A DNA stretch of 64,000 nt. Source: Pyrinomonadaceae bacterium (lineage in GTDB: Bacteria > Acidobacteriota > Blastocatellia > Pyrinomonadales > Pyrinomonadaceae). The notes beneath the pieces were generated by a model, which saw only the letters and a program-made list of their open reading frames with translations, was not told where the DNA came from and ran no database searches. Positions 9,111 through 19,550 of this stretch are shown here, piece after piece. The translations under genes and the position numbers were made by a program. The stretch is taken from NCBI GenBank assembly GCA_035278765.1, contig DATEIS010000441.1, positions 3,288 through 67,287 on the forward strand, in the 5' to 3' direction. The first letter of the stretch is position 1, and the number at the start of each line of letters is the position of its first letter.

Positions 9111-9836
9111 TCAGTCATAAACTATTACTTCTGTCCCAATGGGCGTCAGTTCACTCAGCTTCTTTGAAGCGAACATTGGTATCCGAATACACCCGTGGCT
9201 GGCAGGATAGACCGCCATCGCCAGGCTGCCATGAATCGCGATGCCATTGTGTATGTAGTTAGGGTAGTAAAGCAGACCAAGTGAACTTAGTCGCCATCCG
9301 GCAATCTTTCGTAAGACTCTAAATCTTCCTCTTGGTGTATGTGCGCGATGAATCTCGCCGTGGTCTACGTAGGTTTTCTCATTGCCGGTGCAGACCGGAA
9401 GAATGTGCGCCGCTGTGCCGGTTGCATCGACAATGAATAGAACCTGACGATTGAGATCGATCTCAACGTGTGCGAAACCGCTGTATTTTGGAAGCGGTCG
9501 TTGTGCTGAGAGCAGAGCTTGAAGTTCGGCACGCGTCAGTTTTCCCGTGCGTTGTCGCCCTTCCACCTTTTGAAACGCAATCAGAGCGTGGCGAGATCCG
9601 GAGTCCAAGGTGCCGTCGATTGGCCCGGTCCAATATCCGAGATCCGATAAGCGTCTTTCTGCCTCAAGTATCTCTTCTTTCGAGACCTCCTGGACGACAC
9701 CTCTTTTTGAAAGGCTCCTGGCTTGAGTCACTTCACCAGCAAGTGTGATGAACGCCAGGAAACACAGAATGAGGAAGGTGATCCGTGATCTCAGCTCCAT
9801 GAATCGGAGCGCTTGAATGTTCCGTTTCCTATACAT
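9111..9836 (-). CDS. L,D-transpeptidase (YkuD) with peptidoglycan-binding domain
   Basis: PG_binding_1-like LSDLGYWTGPIDGTLDSGSRHALIAFQK plus the catalytic SHGCIRIP motif. The start is uncertain (ATG 9836 or 9800). The tracked start 9884 overlaps the upstream gene. Confidence 0.8.
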   Translation of the reverse strand: MYRKRNIQALRFMELRSRITFLILCFLAFITLAGEVTQARSLSKRGVVQEVSKEEILEAERRLSDLGYWTGPIDGTLDSGSRHALIAFQKVEGRQRTGKLTRAELQALLSAQRPLPKYSGFAHVEIDLNRQVLFIVDATGTAAHILPVCTGNEKTYVDHGEIHRAHTPRGRFRVLRKIAGWRLSSLGLLYYPNYIHNGIAIHGSLAMAVYPASHGCIRIPMFASKKLSELTPIGTEVIVYD

Positions 9837-9855
9837 CTTGGCCCCTACTTGGCCC

Positions 9856-10254
9856 CTAAAGGGGAGGCTGCGATTGCTGGCCAACTAAGCCATCGACCAT
9901 CTCAGGCAGCATAGGAGAGAGGAATCGCAACAGTGCAGTAACTCCGTCTGCCGATTTGATCGCCAGCGCTACATCCTCGCCCCCAACTGTTTGCTCCAAA
10001 CTCACCTGAGTCGGATGCCCAATACTATGTGTCATGTGATCGTCTGGCTTCTCTCCGACCATGATGACAATTCGATCGCCGTGAATCTCATCCCATTCGT
10101 CGACAATTCCTGCGAGTGCCAGTTCACGTTCCTGAACTTGCGCACCGAGTTCAGTTCCGAAGATCTCGAGAGTGACCAACCAGCCTTCGTGTTTACGACT
10201 GAAATTTTCCAAGAACTTCGGCCATTCGTTTTTCGGAATTTCTTTGGTCTTCAT
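9856..10254 (-). CDS. DUF5335 domain protein
   Basis: 132 aa. MKTKEIPKNEWPKFLENFSRKHEGWLVTLEIFG...DDHMTHSI matches my memory of DUF5335 proteins. Confidence 0.6.
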   Translation of the reverse strand: MKTKEIPKNEWPKFLENFSRKHEGWLVTLEIFGTELGAQVQERELALAGIVDEWDEIHGDRIVIMVGEKPDDHMTHSIGHPTQVSLEQTVGGEDVALAIKSADGVTALLRFLSPMLPEMVDGLVGQQSQPPL

Positions 10255-10307
10255 CGTTCAATTTCTCCTTCAACTCTAGTGCACTTCTTAAAAAGCCCGC
10301 CTAAACC

Positions 10308-10829
10308 TCAGTCTCGCCGCCAGCTAACCCGCGCCAGTTTGTTTTCGTGCGAGAAATCGTAGTGAACGCTACCGCCAAATGCTTTTTCGAGCGCGTGGCC
10401 CAAACGCTGGGCCAGATGTTCTGTGGTAGTGGTGACTGTAAGCTTATGACCGTCACCGCGCTTGAATTCCATAGTGCGAGCCAATGGATTGTCTTCCGCA
10501 GCTCTCTTCGCTTCGTTTCGCAGTAGCTGTTCAATCTCTTCGCCGTGAGCACTGAAAAAGTCGCCATCGAGAAAGACAAATCCTTGCGGTTCGCCGCTGC
10601 GTTGCTGTTTGCAGGCAGGGCAAAGCGTAGCTTTTGCGGGTCGCCAGTGCTTGTTGCGCTTGTTCGTTGAGTTTGAACTTGCGGTGGTCCAACGCCGGTT
10701 GGCATACACTGACCCACAGTCCTCACAAACTGCGGGCTCACTTATTGCCCGCGAGGGCCGATGGCGGCCGCCGTCATGATCGACTCGTTTTGTAAACGTC
10801 GCGTTTGAATATCTTCTTCTGGCAGGCAT
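10308..10829 (-). CDS. conserved hypothetical protein with N-terminal CxxC...CxxC zinc ribbon (resembles the NCBI 'BCAM0308-like' family, from memory)
   Basis: ATG 10829 has GGAGGGA 7 nt upstream; the tracked start 10835 is GTG. The C-terminal half is duplicated as a pseudogene at 43807..44051. Confidence 0.6.
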   Translation of the reverse strand: MPARRRYSNATFTKRVDHDGGRHRPSRAISEPAVCEDCGSVYANRRWTTASSNSTNKRNKHWRPAKATLCPACKQQRSGEPQGFVFLDGDFFSAHGEEIEQLLRNEAKRAAEDNPLARTMEFKRGDGHKLTVTTTTEHLAQRLGHALEKAFGGSVHYDFSHENKLARVSWRRD

Positions 10830-10857
10830 AAGCACTCCCTCCTATAACCTGCACTAG

Positions 10858-10872
10858 GCAACGACTGTGCCC
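10858..10872 (-). promoter_or_regulatory. candidate sigma-54 promoter (P4)
   Basis: The minus strand reads gGGCAC-agtcg-TTGCc, 28 nt upstream of ATG 10829. The same element is conserved at 44086..44101. Confidence 0.6.
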
Positions 10873-11075
10873 TCTCCTCATCAGAACAAAAGCCGAGGAA
10901 GAGGTGTAAAAGACTCAGAAATCACAGGCTTGTGGGATTGGAGAACCTGTCAGGGTTGGGGTGGTAGTCGAGAGAGCAGCGAGCTTTAACACAATGTTTG
11001 CGTGAGTTTCCCCACCGCCGAATAATTCGTTCAAGCCACGTCATGAATGACTGAAGAAAATGCCGCCGGCGTAAA

Positions 11076-11091
11076 AGGAACAACTATTGCC
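11076..11091 (+). promoter_or_regulatory. candidate sigma-54 promoter (P5)
   Basis: aGGAAC-aacta-TTGCc with exact spacing, 26 nt upstream of ATG 11117. The -24 element is weaker than in the other sites. Confidence 0.4.
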
Positions 11092-11116
11092 AGTTGTTAG
11101 CTCAGGATTTATTGCT

Positions 11117-11644
11117 ATGTTCATTCATGAGATGACCGTTGATGAATGTTCCGGCGCCTTGAAGGAAACGCGCCTGGGCAGGCTGGCGTGTGCTCAAGAC
11201 AACCAGCCCTATATCGTGCCAATCAACTTTGCATTTGATGGGACCTACATTTACGGGTTCACAACACTTGGGCAGAAAATCGAGTGGGCGCGCTTAAATC
11301 CGTTAGTGTGTTTCGAGGTTGATGAAGTAGTAAGTCACAATGAGTGGATGAGTATTGTTGTATTCGGTCGCTATGAGGAACTACCTGATAAGCCCGAGTA
11401 TGAGAAGGAACGCATTCGGGCGCACGCATGTCTTCAAAAGCGGGCAATGTGGTGGGAACCCGCCTACATTTCGCAGGAGCACCGCGAGCAACCGCATTCT
11501 TTGACACCAATCTTCTTTCGTATACACGTCGAGAAGATGACTGGCCACCGTGCAACCTTTGACAGGTGCGAAGCAGTTCCAACACCCACCCCTGTTGCGT
11601 GCTCGAACAAGCGCGGATGGCTGGAGAAGCTTCTAAATCTCTGA
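11117..11644 (+). CDS. pyridoxamine 5'-phosphate oxidase-like FMN-binding protein
   Basis: GRLACAQDNQPYIVPINFAFDGTYIY parallels 3262..3684. The start could be ATG 11117 or the MTVDEC Met 15 nt downstream. Confidence 0.7.
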   Translation: MFIHEMTVDECSGALKETRLGRLACAQDNQPYIVPINFAFDGTYIYGFTTLGQKIEWARLNPLVCFEVDEVVSHNEWMSIVVFGRYEELPDKPEYEKERIRAHACLQKRAMWWEPAYISQEHREQPHSLTPIFFRIHVEKMTGHRATFDRCEAVPTPTPVACSNKRGWLEKLLNL

Positions 11645-11649
11645 TCAAT

Positions 11650-12663
11650 ATGAAAGCCTGGATTCTGAACAAACCGGCGCCTGTCAGTGAGCATCCGCTC
11701 TATCTAAGTGAAAGGACTGTGCCCACGCCCTCAGATGACGAACTCCTGTTACGAGTCGCTGCTTGCGGAATCTGTCGCACGGACCTCCATGTAGTAGAGG
11801 GCGACTTGCCGGTTCGTCGTTCACCTGTAATCCCCGGTCACCAGATAGTTGGAAGGGTGGCTGCTCTCGGCAGTCGTGTCGAGGGCTTTGACATTGGCGA
11901 TCGAGTGGGAGTGGCCTGGTTAAATCGCACTTGTGGCAAATGTGAGTTCTGTGTTGCAAGCCGAGAAAATCTGTGCGACGAAGCAATGTTCACGGGATGG
12001 ACCGTAGATGGCGGCTACGCAGAATACGCAGTGGCGCCCGCCGCTTTCACCTATCGTCTACCAGATGGCTTCAACGACATGCAGGCAGCGCCACTTCTCT
12101 GCGCCGGTATCATCGGTTACCGCTGCCTCCGTCTGACCGGACTCACTCATGACGAATGGAAAGGTGCCCGGCTGGGTTTGTATGGGTTTGGGGCTGCGGG
12201 CCACGTCTGCATTCAATTGGCCCGCGCGCGCGGCGCGGAAGTCTATGTGTGCACTCGCGACCGTGAACGACATCAGGCGCTCGCTACCGAACTCGGAGCA
12301 ACGTGGGTTGGGGATACTTTTGCGCAGCCTCCCGTAAACCTTGACGCTTCAATTGTTTTTGCACCCGCGGGAGAGATTGTTCCCGTTGCGCTTAAGGCAA
12401 TTCGAAAGGGGGGAACGGTAGTCCTGGGCGGGATTCACATGAGCTCGATACCATCGTTTGATTATTCACTTATCTACGGTGAACGCATGGTCCGAAGTGT
12501 AGCGAACAACACACGCGCAGACGGTCGCGAATTTCTGGTTGAAGCTGCGAGCATTCCCGTGCAAACGCACACACAGACTTTTCCTTTCGATAACGCGAAC
12601 GAGGCGCTGATTGCTTTGAAGAGTGATGCGATTCGTGGCGCCGGCGTGCTTGTAATGGACTGA
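11650..12663 (+). CDS. zinc-dependent alcohol dehydrogenase (MDR family)
   Basis: 337 aa from the internal ATG (MKAWILNKP). Motifs: CGICRTDLH, GHQIVG, structural-Zn CGKCEFC and Rossmann GFGAAGH. Confidence 0.85.
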   Translation: MKAWILNKPAPVSEHPLYLSERTVPTPSDDELLLRVAACGICRTDLHVVEGDLPVRRSPVIPGHQIVGRVAALGSRVEGFDIGDRVGVAWLNRTCGKCEFCVASRENLCDEAMFTGWTVDGGYAEYAVAPAAFTYRLPDGFNDMQAAPLLCAGIIGYRCLRLTGLTHDEWKGARLGLYGFGAAGHVCIQLARARGAEVYVCTRDRERHQALATELGATWVGDTFAQPPVNLDASIVFAPAGEIVPVALKAIRKGGTVVLGGIHMSSIPSFDYSLIYGERMVRSVANNTRADGREFLVEAASIPVQTHTQTFPFDNANEALIALKSDAIRGAGVLVMD

Positions 12664-12719
12664 AGGACCATTTCAATGTTAATTGGACCGAGTCAAGCAC
12701 TGACTTGAACATCCGCCTA

Positions 12720-14036
12720 CTACCCTGGGCGGGATTTCGTATTCTTGTGCAAAGCCGGCAACGCGGAATACAACGCGTCTCTTAATGCCACGTCTCGTGG
12801 GTCGCCGCCCATCATTACCCCCATCCGGTTCGTAACGTACGCGTAGCCGATTTGAGCCTGGGGGTCTGCGAAGCCGATCGAGCCGCCCGCTCCGGGGGCG
12901 CCGAACGATCCGGGATTTCCAAACGAAAACCCCGCGCAGCTTTTCATGAAGCCAAGCGAGAATTCTGCCTCGCCCTTTATACACTCGTCGTAAAAGCCGT
13001 GCGCCGATGGGATTGCTGGCGCCGTCAACTCCCTTAGTGTCTCGGGACGCAGTCCTAATTCCTTTCCTCCTGTTGCAAAAACGCTGTAAGCATGCGCGAT
13101 GGCTCGCGCCGTCCCTACTCCTCCACCCGACGGCACTTCGAGATTGCGGGCATAGAGGTGTTGCTCGTCGACTGATATCGCGGCGCCCGGATTCTTGATG
13201 AGCGACCGGTAAAAGTTTGAATTCGGATTCCACAATGCCAATGTCAGGCGAACAGGGAAACCGAGCAGCATCTCGAACAGACTGGCATTCTTAAGCTTTG
13301 CCAACCTGGAATCGGGGATTGATTCCGGCAAACGAATATAGAAATCCAGGTTCAGCGGTGAAGCGATCTCGTCCTGAAAGAACTGTCCGAGGCTGCGGTG
13401 CTTCGGATCAATTCGCCGTAGCAATTCGCTTTCGTAAAATCCGAGAGTGATGGCGTGATAAGCCTGCCGCGTTCCCGGTTCCCACTCTGGTTTCTGTCGA
13501 GCCATCACGATGGCCAAACGGTCTAAGTCGGCGACTACGCTTCTGTCCACCTTCTCATCGAACGCAAATAGCCCGGCCTGATGAGCGAGTAACTGCCGCA
13601 CTGTAATTTTCTCTTTTCCATTCTGCGCAAACTCAGGCCAGTATTTACACACCGGCGCGTCGTAATCGAGCCAACCGCGTGAATGGGCCAACGCCAAGGT
13701 CATCGCCGCCAGGCCCTTGGTAGTGGAGTGAACAATAACCATCGTGTCCTCTTCCCAGGGCTCACCCGTTGCCTCGTTCCGCACACCTCCCCACAAGTCA
13801 ACCACCTTTTCACCCCTGTGATACACACAGCATGCTGCCCCCAATTCGCGCCGCCGTAGAAAATTATCGGCGAACGCCTCGCGCACCGCCTCATAACCGC
13901 TGCTGACAAAGCCATGAATTTCGACCGGCCGCGCGACCTCAACGGACGCGTCATTTCTTTTCTTTTGAACCCAAACGTAAGCTGCGCCAACCGCCGTCAA
14001 ACCAATTATCGTTTTTGTTAGTGGACTTACTCTCAT
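12720..14036 (-). CDS. serine hydrolase, beta-lactamase/esterase (class C-like) family
   Basis: 438 aa with an N-terminal TM/signal segment and the S-x-x-K motif STTK. It is the last gene of the ABC efflux operon. Confidence 0.75.
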   Translation of the reverse strand: MRVSPLTKTIIGLTAVGAAYVWVQKKRNDASVEVARPVEIHGFVSSGYEAVREAFADNFLRRRELGAACCVYHRGEKVVDLWGGVRNEATGEPWEEDTMVIVHSTTKGLAAMTLALAHSRGWLDYDAPVCKYWPEFAQNGKEKITVRQLLAHQAGLFAFDEKVDRSVVADLDRLAIVMARQKPEWEPGTRQAYHAITLGFYESELLRRIDPKHRSLGQFFQDEIASPLNLDFYIRLPESIPDSRLAKLKNASLFEMLLGFPVRLTLALWNPNSNFYRSLIKNPGAAISVDEQHLYARNLEVPSGGGVGTARAIAHAYSVFATGGKELGLRPETLRELTAPAIPSAHGFYDECIKGEAEFSLGFMKSCAGFSFGNPGSFGAPGAGGSIGFADPQAQIGYAYVTNRMGVMMGGDPRDVALRDALYSALPALHKNTKSRPG

Positions 14037-15286
14037 TTCAAACTCCTCTTCAATTGCGCCCAGCCTGAGCTCTGCGTGAGAGTGATACTTAGAATGTGGT
14101 ATTCCTGCTCTCGCGGCTCCACGCGAGTGCCATCAGTGATTTCGTTAGCTGGATGAACGATCACTTCCTCGTCTGCCTCAACGCCGCTTTTGATTTCCGC
14201 TGCGACGGGCGTGCGCTGGCCCACTTCAACCCGGCGTAAACGTGCTCGTCCATCTTCAACAACAAACACACTCCAAACATCGCCGGTTCGAAACAGTGCG
14301 CTGACAGGTACTTGCAAAACGCTGTCTGAATGCCACACGACGATACGCGCCTCAACGCGATAACGGTCGCCTAGTACACTCGATGGCGCCGTGAGATCCG
14401 CAATCACATTCACACGTTGCTCTTCGATTCCCAACGCCGAAACCTTCGTGAAAGCTGACGGTTCAATCAACCTTACTCGTGCCTCGAGGGCTTCCGGCCC
14501 ACCCCATGCCTCAATGAAAACTTTTGCTCCGGGACTAACCTTAACGGCGTCTGTCGAAAGCAGCTCGATCACGACCTCGAGCTTTGCAGGGTTGCTCACT
14601 TCAACCAACGGCGCACCCGACACAATCACGCGTTCGCTTTCTTCTACAACTGCTAAAACTTTTCCAGCCGTTGGAGCATGAACCTTTACAGACGCCGCTG
14701 GAAAACTTTGGTTGCGCGCCAGGAGCGCGGCCCGCGCAACCTCAACCTCATGGGCTGCACTCTCAGCTCTCGATCGCGCCGCTTCATACTCTCGCAAGCC
14801 GGTTGACACGGCAGTTTGCGACCTTTCCAATTCCTGCTGCGATGCATAACCGTCCCGCACCAAAACCTCGGAACGTTCCAATTCTCGTCGCGCCTGATCG
14901 TAAGTTGCTTTGTTACGTTCGACCATGCGATCGATTTCGCGTTTGGCATCTTCCGCTGCGTTAACGCGAGCAACTGCTTCGGCGCGTTGACGCGGGTCGA
15001 GTGGACTCAACGGCAAAGGATCGATCTGCGCGATTAATTGTCCGGTCTTTACTGCATCACCGCGGCGGAGAGCGATTCGTCGCAAACGTCCGGCAACTGG
15101 CGCGGCAACCACATACCGGTCACGTACGCGAGTCTTCCCTTCACCATCAACGGTAACCGTCATCGCATCACGTGAAACACCAACCACATCGACCCGCGTT
15201 GGCGTAGGACGCAGCCACATCGTCAAGAGCCCCACAACGACCGCGGTAACCAGAATTAAGAGTATGGTGTTTAAGATTCGTTTCAT
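14033..15286 (-). CDS. efflux periplasmic adaptor (HlyD/MacA-type membrane fusion protein)
   Basis: 417 aa with an N-terminal TM, a long coiled-coil (QQELERSQ..., EVEVARAAL) and beta-barrel segments. It overlaps the downstream gene by 4 nt. Confidence 0.8.
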   Translation of the reverse strand: MKRILNTILLILVTAVVVGLLTMWLRPTPTRVDVVGVSRDAMTVTVDGEGKTRVRDRYVVAAPVAGRLRRIALRRGDAVKTGQLIAQIDPLPLSPLDPRQRAEAVARVNAAEDAKREIDRMVERNKATYDQARRELERSEVLVRDGYASQQELERSQTAVSTGLREYEAARSRAESAAHEVEVARAALLARNQSFPAASVKVHAPTAGKVLAVVEESERVIVSGAPLVEVSNPAKLEVVIELLSTDAVKVSPGAKVFIEAWGGPEALEARVRLIEPSAFTKVSALGIEEQRVNVIADLTAPSSVLGDRYRVEARIVVWHSDSVLQVPVSALFRTGDVWSVFVVEDGRARLRRVEVGQRTPVAAEIKSGVEADEEVIVHPANEITDGTRVEPREQEYHILSITLTQSSGWAQLKRSLK

Positions 15287-15292
15287 GTCGTT

Positions 15293-17698
15293 TTACTCCC
15301 GCGTCTTCAAGACAGCGACCAGATCGAGATGCCGCAGCCGCCACTGCACCAGATAACCCGAAAGAAAAGCTGATCCGGCTACTACCAGAAAAGCCAAAAC
15401 GTAAGTTCTAGTGCTGATAAAAAGTGGAAACCGGATCAATTCGGTATCAATGGCGACGGTGATCAATCCTGCGATTCCATACCCCAACGCGAACCCGACC
15501 GGGATTGCAATCAATGTGAGAATTGCCTGCTCGCCCAGCAACATGAAACCAATCTCGCCACGTGTGAAACCAAGAACGCGCAGTGAAGCAAGCTCATGTC
15601 CGCGCTCAGAGAGCGCAATCCGGGCACCGTTGTAAACCATCCCAAATGCAATGATTACGGCAAAGGCGATCAGAATCACCGTAGAGACGTTAATAGTCTT
15701 CGCAATAGTTTCGTTGAAGCTGGCCAATGCGACTTCGGGAATTGAAACCGAACTGATCGCCGGTGTCTGCTTCAACTGCGCATATAACTCTGGGATTCGC
15801 GGTGACTCCACCATCAGAAACGCGCCACTGCTGGTCTGCCCCTCCTGCATCAATCGGTTCAAGGCGCGTCGGTCCATGTAGGCGGATAGCCCAACCAATT
15901 CATCCACGGTTCCGGCAACGACAACGTCGCGCACGGGCCGCGCTCCTTCGAGAACTTCAACGGTGACACTTTGGCCCGGCCTGACACTCAGAATCTCCGC
16001 CAGTTGTGTCGTCAACAATAGACCATCGGGCGGAAGCATAACGGGGTGATAATCTTTGCTGACTACGCGACGCAAATCAGCTGTGCTTTCGAGTCCAAGC
16101 AAGGCCGTGCGCCGCGTTCGGTGTGCAAATCGAAGCCTCGCCGGAACCGCGCGGTAGGATTCCACGCGAATCACGCCGGGTAGGTGAGCGAGATCGTATT
16201 TAACGTTGGCCGGCCGTGGTTCATGGAAAGTAACCGAGACGTCCTCGCGTTGGACCGCGTCAAACTGGACCTCGACGATCCGCTCGATGGTGTCGAAGTA
16301 AAGGAAGAACCCAACCACGAGCAAACTTACTGCGAGCGCAATACCGAAGATCGACACCATTGCCTTTGCGGGTCGTCTCTCAAGATTGCGCAGAATGATC
16401 CGCACGGAGGTGGGGACGAGTCGATGAAAACCGAGACGCTCAATGAAGCCGGCACGGAACCGCGCCGGCGGCTCAGGACGCATTGCTTCGGCTGGCGGCA
16501 GTCCAACTGCGCGTTTCGCAGCGACAAGCGCTCCGATTGCTGCCGAACCCAGACTGATTAGTACCGCGCTGGTGATGACCAATGGTCCAGGTTGATAGAC
16601 CAGCACAGGAAACCTGAAGAACTCCATGTAGAGTTCGGTGATCTTCACACCGAAATACCAGCCCACGCCAATTCCGAGTGCAACCCCACCCAGCACAACC
16701 ACAAACGCAAGCTTCAAATAATGAAAACCGATCGAGTAATTACCGTAGCCGAATGCCTTCAGCACTCCGATCTCCTGTCGTTGGGTTGCGACCGTGCGCG
16801 ACAAGACGAGGTGTATCAGAAAGGCAGTGACCGCGAGGAAAATTCCGGGAATAAAGGTGCCTGTCACCTGCAGTTCACCAATCTCGTTTGAGAGAAAATG
16901 ATTTGAGACCTGATCGGCGCGGTTATAGGCACCCAACCCCCCGTAGCTTGCAAGCAGATTGTCCAGTCGCTGGATTACGTCCGCTTCAACTGCGCCGGGC
17001 GCCAAGGTGAGAGCAACATCATTGAACGCGCCTTTCATGTCGAAGACTGGACCAAGCGCTTCACGACTCATCCAGATCACACCAGAACGCCGGTTGTCCG
17101 GAAACATCTCTCCGCTTCTGATCTCGTAAACGTACTCAGGCGAGAGTGCGGTACCCACAATTTGCAGTTTCTGCCATTTGCCGTTTATGACTGCCGACAG
17201 CGTGCTTCCTGGCTTCAGACTGTTGGCGGTCGCAAACGCACCGCTGATAAGAACTTCGTCTCTTCGTCCAGGTTCAATATATCTTCCATCTCTGAGATAG
17301 AGATCATTCAGCATCGGCCGGCGTTGTTCTGGAATGGAAATGATTCTGCCCTTAGCAGGTTCGTTCAACCCTGGCACGTCGAGTGTTACGTCGGCCACCA
17401 CGCGAAACTCCGTGCTTCCCACTCCAGGAATCTCACTGACACGAGCTGCAATCGAATCGGGTGCGCGTTTGAGTTGCGCAAATACTTCCGCAAAGCGATA
17501 GGTTTCGTAGTACGACTGCTGCGACGTTAGCAACGAGTTATACGTGCTCCGCATTGCCACAAACGAAGCAACTCCGCATGCCACTACGAGCGTGATGGCT
17601 AGTACCTGCCCCCGCAAGTGAATAACTTCGCGAATGAGTTTTCGATCAAGCGTCTTCACCAGACCAAATCCTTTGGTGAGGCTTTCTTTTCGTTGCAA
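15293..17698 (-). CDS. ABC transporter permease with duplicated FtsX-type domains
   Basis: 801 aa with two 4-TM FtsX-like repeats. An alternative GTG start at 17659 would give a GTGA overlap with the ATPase stop instead of a 43-nt overlap. Confidence 0.8.
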   Translation of the reverse strand: MQRKESLTKGFGLVKTLDRKLIREVIHLRGQVLAITLVVACGVASFVAMRSTYNSLLTSQQSYYETYRFAEVFAQLKRAPDSIAARVSEIPGVGSTEFRVVADVTLDVPGLNEPAKGRIISIPEQRRPMLNDLYLRDGRYIEPGRRDEVLISGAFATANSLKPGSTLSAVINGKWQKLQIVGTALSPEYVYEIRSGEMFPDNRRSGVIWMSREALGPVFDMKGAFNDVALTLAPGAVEADVIQRLDNLLASYGGLGAYNRADQVSNHFLSNEIGELQVTGTFIPGIFLAVTAFLIHLVLSRTVATQRQEIGVLKAFGYGNYSIGFHYLKLAFVVVLGGVALGIGVGWYFGVKITELYMEFFRFPVLVYQPGPLVITSAVLISLGSAAIGALVAAKRAVGLPPAEAMRPEPPARFRAGFIERLGFHRLVPTSVRIILRNLERRPAKAMVSIFGIALAVSLLVVGFFLYFDTIERIVEVQFDAVQREDVSVTFHEPRPANVKYDLAHLPGVIRVESYRAVPARLRFAHRTRRTALLGLESTADLRRVVSKDYHPVMLPPDGLLLTTQLAEILSVRPGQSVTVEVLEGARPVRDVVVAGTVDELVGLSAYMDRRALNRLMQEGQTSSGAFLMVESPRIPELYAQLKQTPAISSVSIPEVALASFNETIAKTINVSTVILIAFAVIIAFGMVYNGARIALSERGHELASLRVLGFTRGEIGFMLLGEQAILTLIAIPVGFALGYGIAGLITVAIDTELIRFPLFISTRTYVLAFLVVAGSAFLSGYLVQWRLRHLDLVAVLKTRE

Positions 17699-18408
17699 TG
17701 CACCTCCGCAATCTGACCGCTGCGCATTCGCAGCACGCGGTCAGCCATATCGGCGATTGCGGCGTTATGCGTAATGATTGCAGTCGTGGTTCCTAATTCC
17801 CGATTGATTCGTTCAATCGCCTCGAGCACCAACTTCCCGGTTGCATAGTCGAGTGCACCGGTTGGTTCATCGCAGAGCAACACCTCGGGACGTTTGGCTA
17901 CGGCACGAGCAATTGCCACTCGCTGTTGCTCACCACCAGAGAGCTGAGCAGGAAAATGATCCATTCGGTCACCGAGCCCGACGAGTCGCAGAGCCTCCTC
18001 CGGGAGCATTGGATCCTCGGCAATGTCTGTTACCAACTCGACGTTCTCGAGCGCGGTCAAGCTCGGGATCAGGTTGTAGAATTGGAAAACGAATCCGACG
18101 TGTTCCCGGCGGTACCGCGTTAACTCGGCGTCATCATCGATGCTGAGGTTGTGATCGCGGTAAAAGACTTCCCCGGTGGTTGGAACATCCAAACCACCGA
18201 GGATATTCAGCAGAGTCGACTTGCCGCTGCCAGACGCACCGAGCAATACCACCAGCTCACCTTTGTAGAGTTCCAGATCTACGGCCCTCAAAGCATGGAC
18301 CTCGACATCTCCCATGCGGTAAGCCTTCGAGAGTTCACGAGCAATGAAGACCGCTTCAGTGATTTCGGGTTGCTGTAAAAGCTGCTTCACATCTGTTTTG
18401 GGGTGCAA
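17656..18408 (-). CDS. ABC transporter ATP-binding protein (MacB/LolD-like)
   Basis: Walker [10 protein letters not shown], signature LSGGEQQRV, Walker [12 protein letters not shown]. Confidence 0.9.
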   Translation of the reverse strand: MHPKTDVKQLLQQPEITEAVFIARELSKAYRMGDVEVHALRAVDLELYKGELVVLLGASGSGKSTLLNILGGLDVPTTGEVFYRDHNLSIDDDAELTRYRREHVGFVFQFYNLIPSLTALENVELVTDIAEDPMLPEEALRLVGLGDRMDHFPAQLSGGEQQRVAIARAVAKRPEVLLCDEPTGALDYATGKLVLEAIERINRELGTTTAIITHNAAIADMADRVLRMRSGQIAEVHCNEKKASPKDLVW

Positions 18409-18575
18409 GAGTCATGCCCGCAAGCAGCGAACAACTTAATGAGATTTGAGGGTGATAAGTCATAGTGGAATTGAACTTACCGGTTTGGCTGCGGGCTTTC
18501 GCGCAGCAACATGGGAACTTTACGCAGCGGCCGCCCCATCGTTGCAAGATTCGGCTAAAAACCCGATGGTTAGCT

Positions 18576-18591
18576 CGGCACAAGCGTTGCG
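18576..18591 (+). promoter_or_regulatory. candidate sigma-54 promoter (P6)
   Basis: cGGCAC-aagcg-TTGCg with exact spacing, 27 nt upstream of ATG 18618. GAAGGAGG lies in between. Confidence 0.6.
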
Positions 18592-18617
18592 AACCAATTC
18601 GTGAAGGAGGAGTTATC

Positions 18618-19538
18618 ATGATAACCATTCAAAAAATTCTCTGTCCCACGGACCTCACGAGGGAATCTGATGAAGCATTGCGTTATGCCGTGGCGCTGTC
18701 ATCCGTATATAACGCAAAACTCTTCATTCTCTACTGCAGGGAAACCGGAACCGACAGCAACCGCAACGGCGGTAACGTGGAATCCGTGGAGACGGAGCCA
18801 CTATTTATCGAGTCACTGGCTCCGCATCTTGGATTGAACAGTGTTTCCGAACTGAATTGGGAAGGCCTGGTCGCAGAGAACGCAGGAGATGTTGGAAAGA
18901 CAATCGTGCGCGAGGCGGCGAAGCAGGAAGTAGATTTGATCGTGATGCGTTCGCGCCGGCGACCTCACGCTGCGGCATTGCTAGGATCGACCGCCGAAAC
19001 AGTATCCCGTACCGCACCCTGTTCAGTCCTCGTAACACATCCACAAGAACGCGAGTGGGTTAGCTTCTCAACTGGCGAGATCGATCTTAACCGCATCCTC
19101 GTGGCGCACGATTTCTCTGGCGACTCAGAACTAGCGTTGAAGTACGGCGTTTCACTGGCCCAGGAATACCAGGCTGAGTTGCACTTGCTCCACGTTCTAA
19201 GCAAGGAGGAGCGTGATCAACCGGAACTTGCATGGGCTCAAACGGGCAGCGAAAGCGGCTACAAGAACGCCGCTCTTAAACTTCAAGCGGCCATACCGAA
19301 GGATGCATTTCTTTGGTGCAAGATTGTTAACGCCGTGAGCTGTGGCAACGCATACCAGGAGGTCCTGACTTATGCGAAGGAGCACGAAATCGACCTCATC
19401 TGCATAGGCGCTAGCGGTACGCGCTTTATTCTCGGCGCGCTCTTCGGTTCAAACACCAATCGCGTTTTACGACAAGCGCCCTGTCCGGTGCTGGTGGCGC
19501 GTCCGACAAAGACTGGAGCGACTCAGTTACCAAAGTGA
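18618..19538 (+). CDS. universal stress protein, tandem UspA domains
   Basis: Internal ATG with a GAAGGAGG RBS. 306 aa with two Usp modules (RSRRRPHAAALLGSTAETV; GASGTRFILGALFGSNTNRV). Confidence 0.85.
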   Translation: MITIQKILCPTDLTRESDEALRYAVALSSVYNAKLFILYCRETGTDSNRNGGNVESVETEPLFIESLAPHLGLNSVSELNWEGLVAENAGDVGKTIVREAAKQEVDLIVMRSRRRPHAAALLGSTAETVSRTAPCSVLVTHPQEREWVSFSTGEIDLNRILVAHDFSGDSELALKYGVSLAQEYQAELHLLHVLSKEERDQPELAWAQTGSESGYKNAALKLQAAIPKDAFLWCKIVNAVSCGNAYQEVLTYAKEHEIDLICIGASGTRFILGALFGSNTNRVLRQAPCPVLVARPTKTGATQLPK

Positions 19539-19550
19539 GAAAGATCGGAA

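Noticed and set aside
12679-13233. 184-aa alternative-frame ORF within the beta-lactamase-family gene
   Set aside because: It lies on the same strand region as a motif-bearing 438-aa gene, and its Arg-rich translation has no features.
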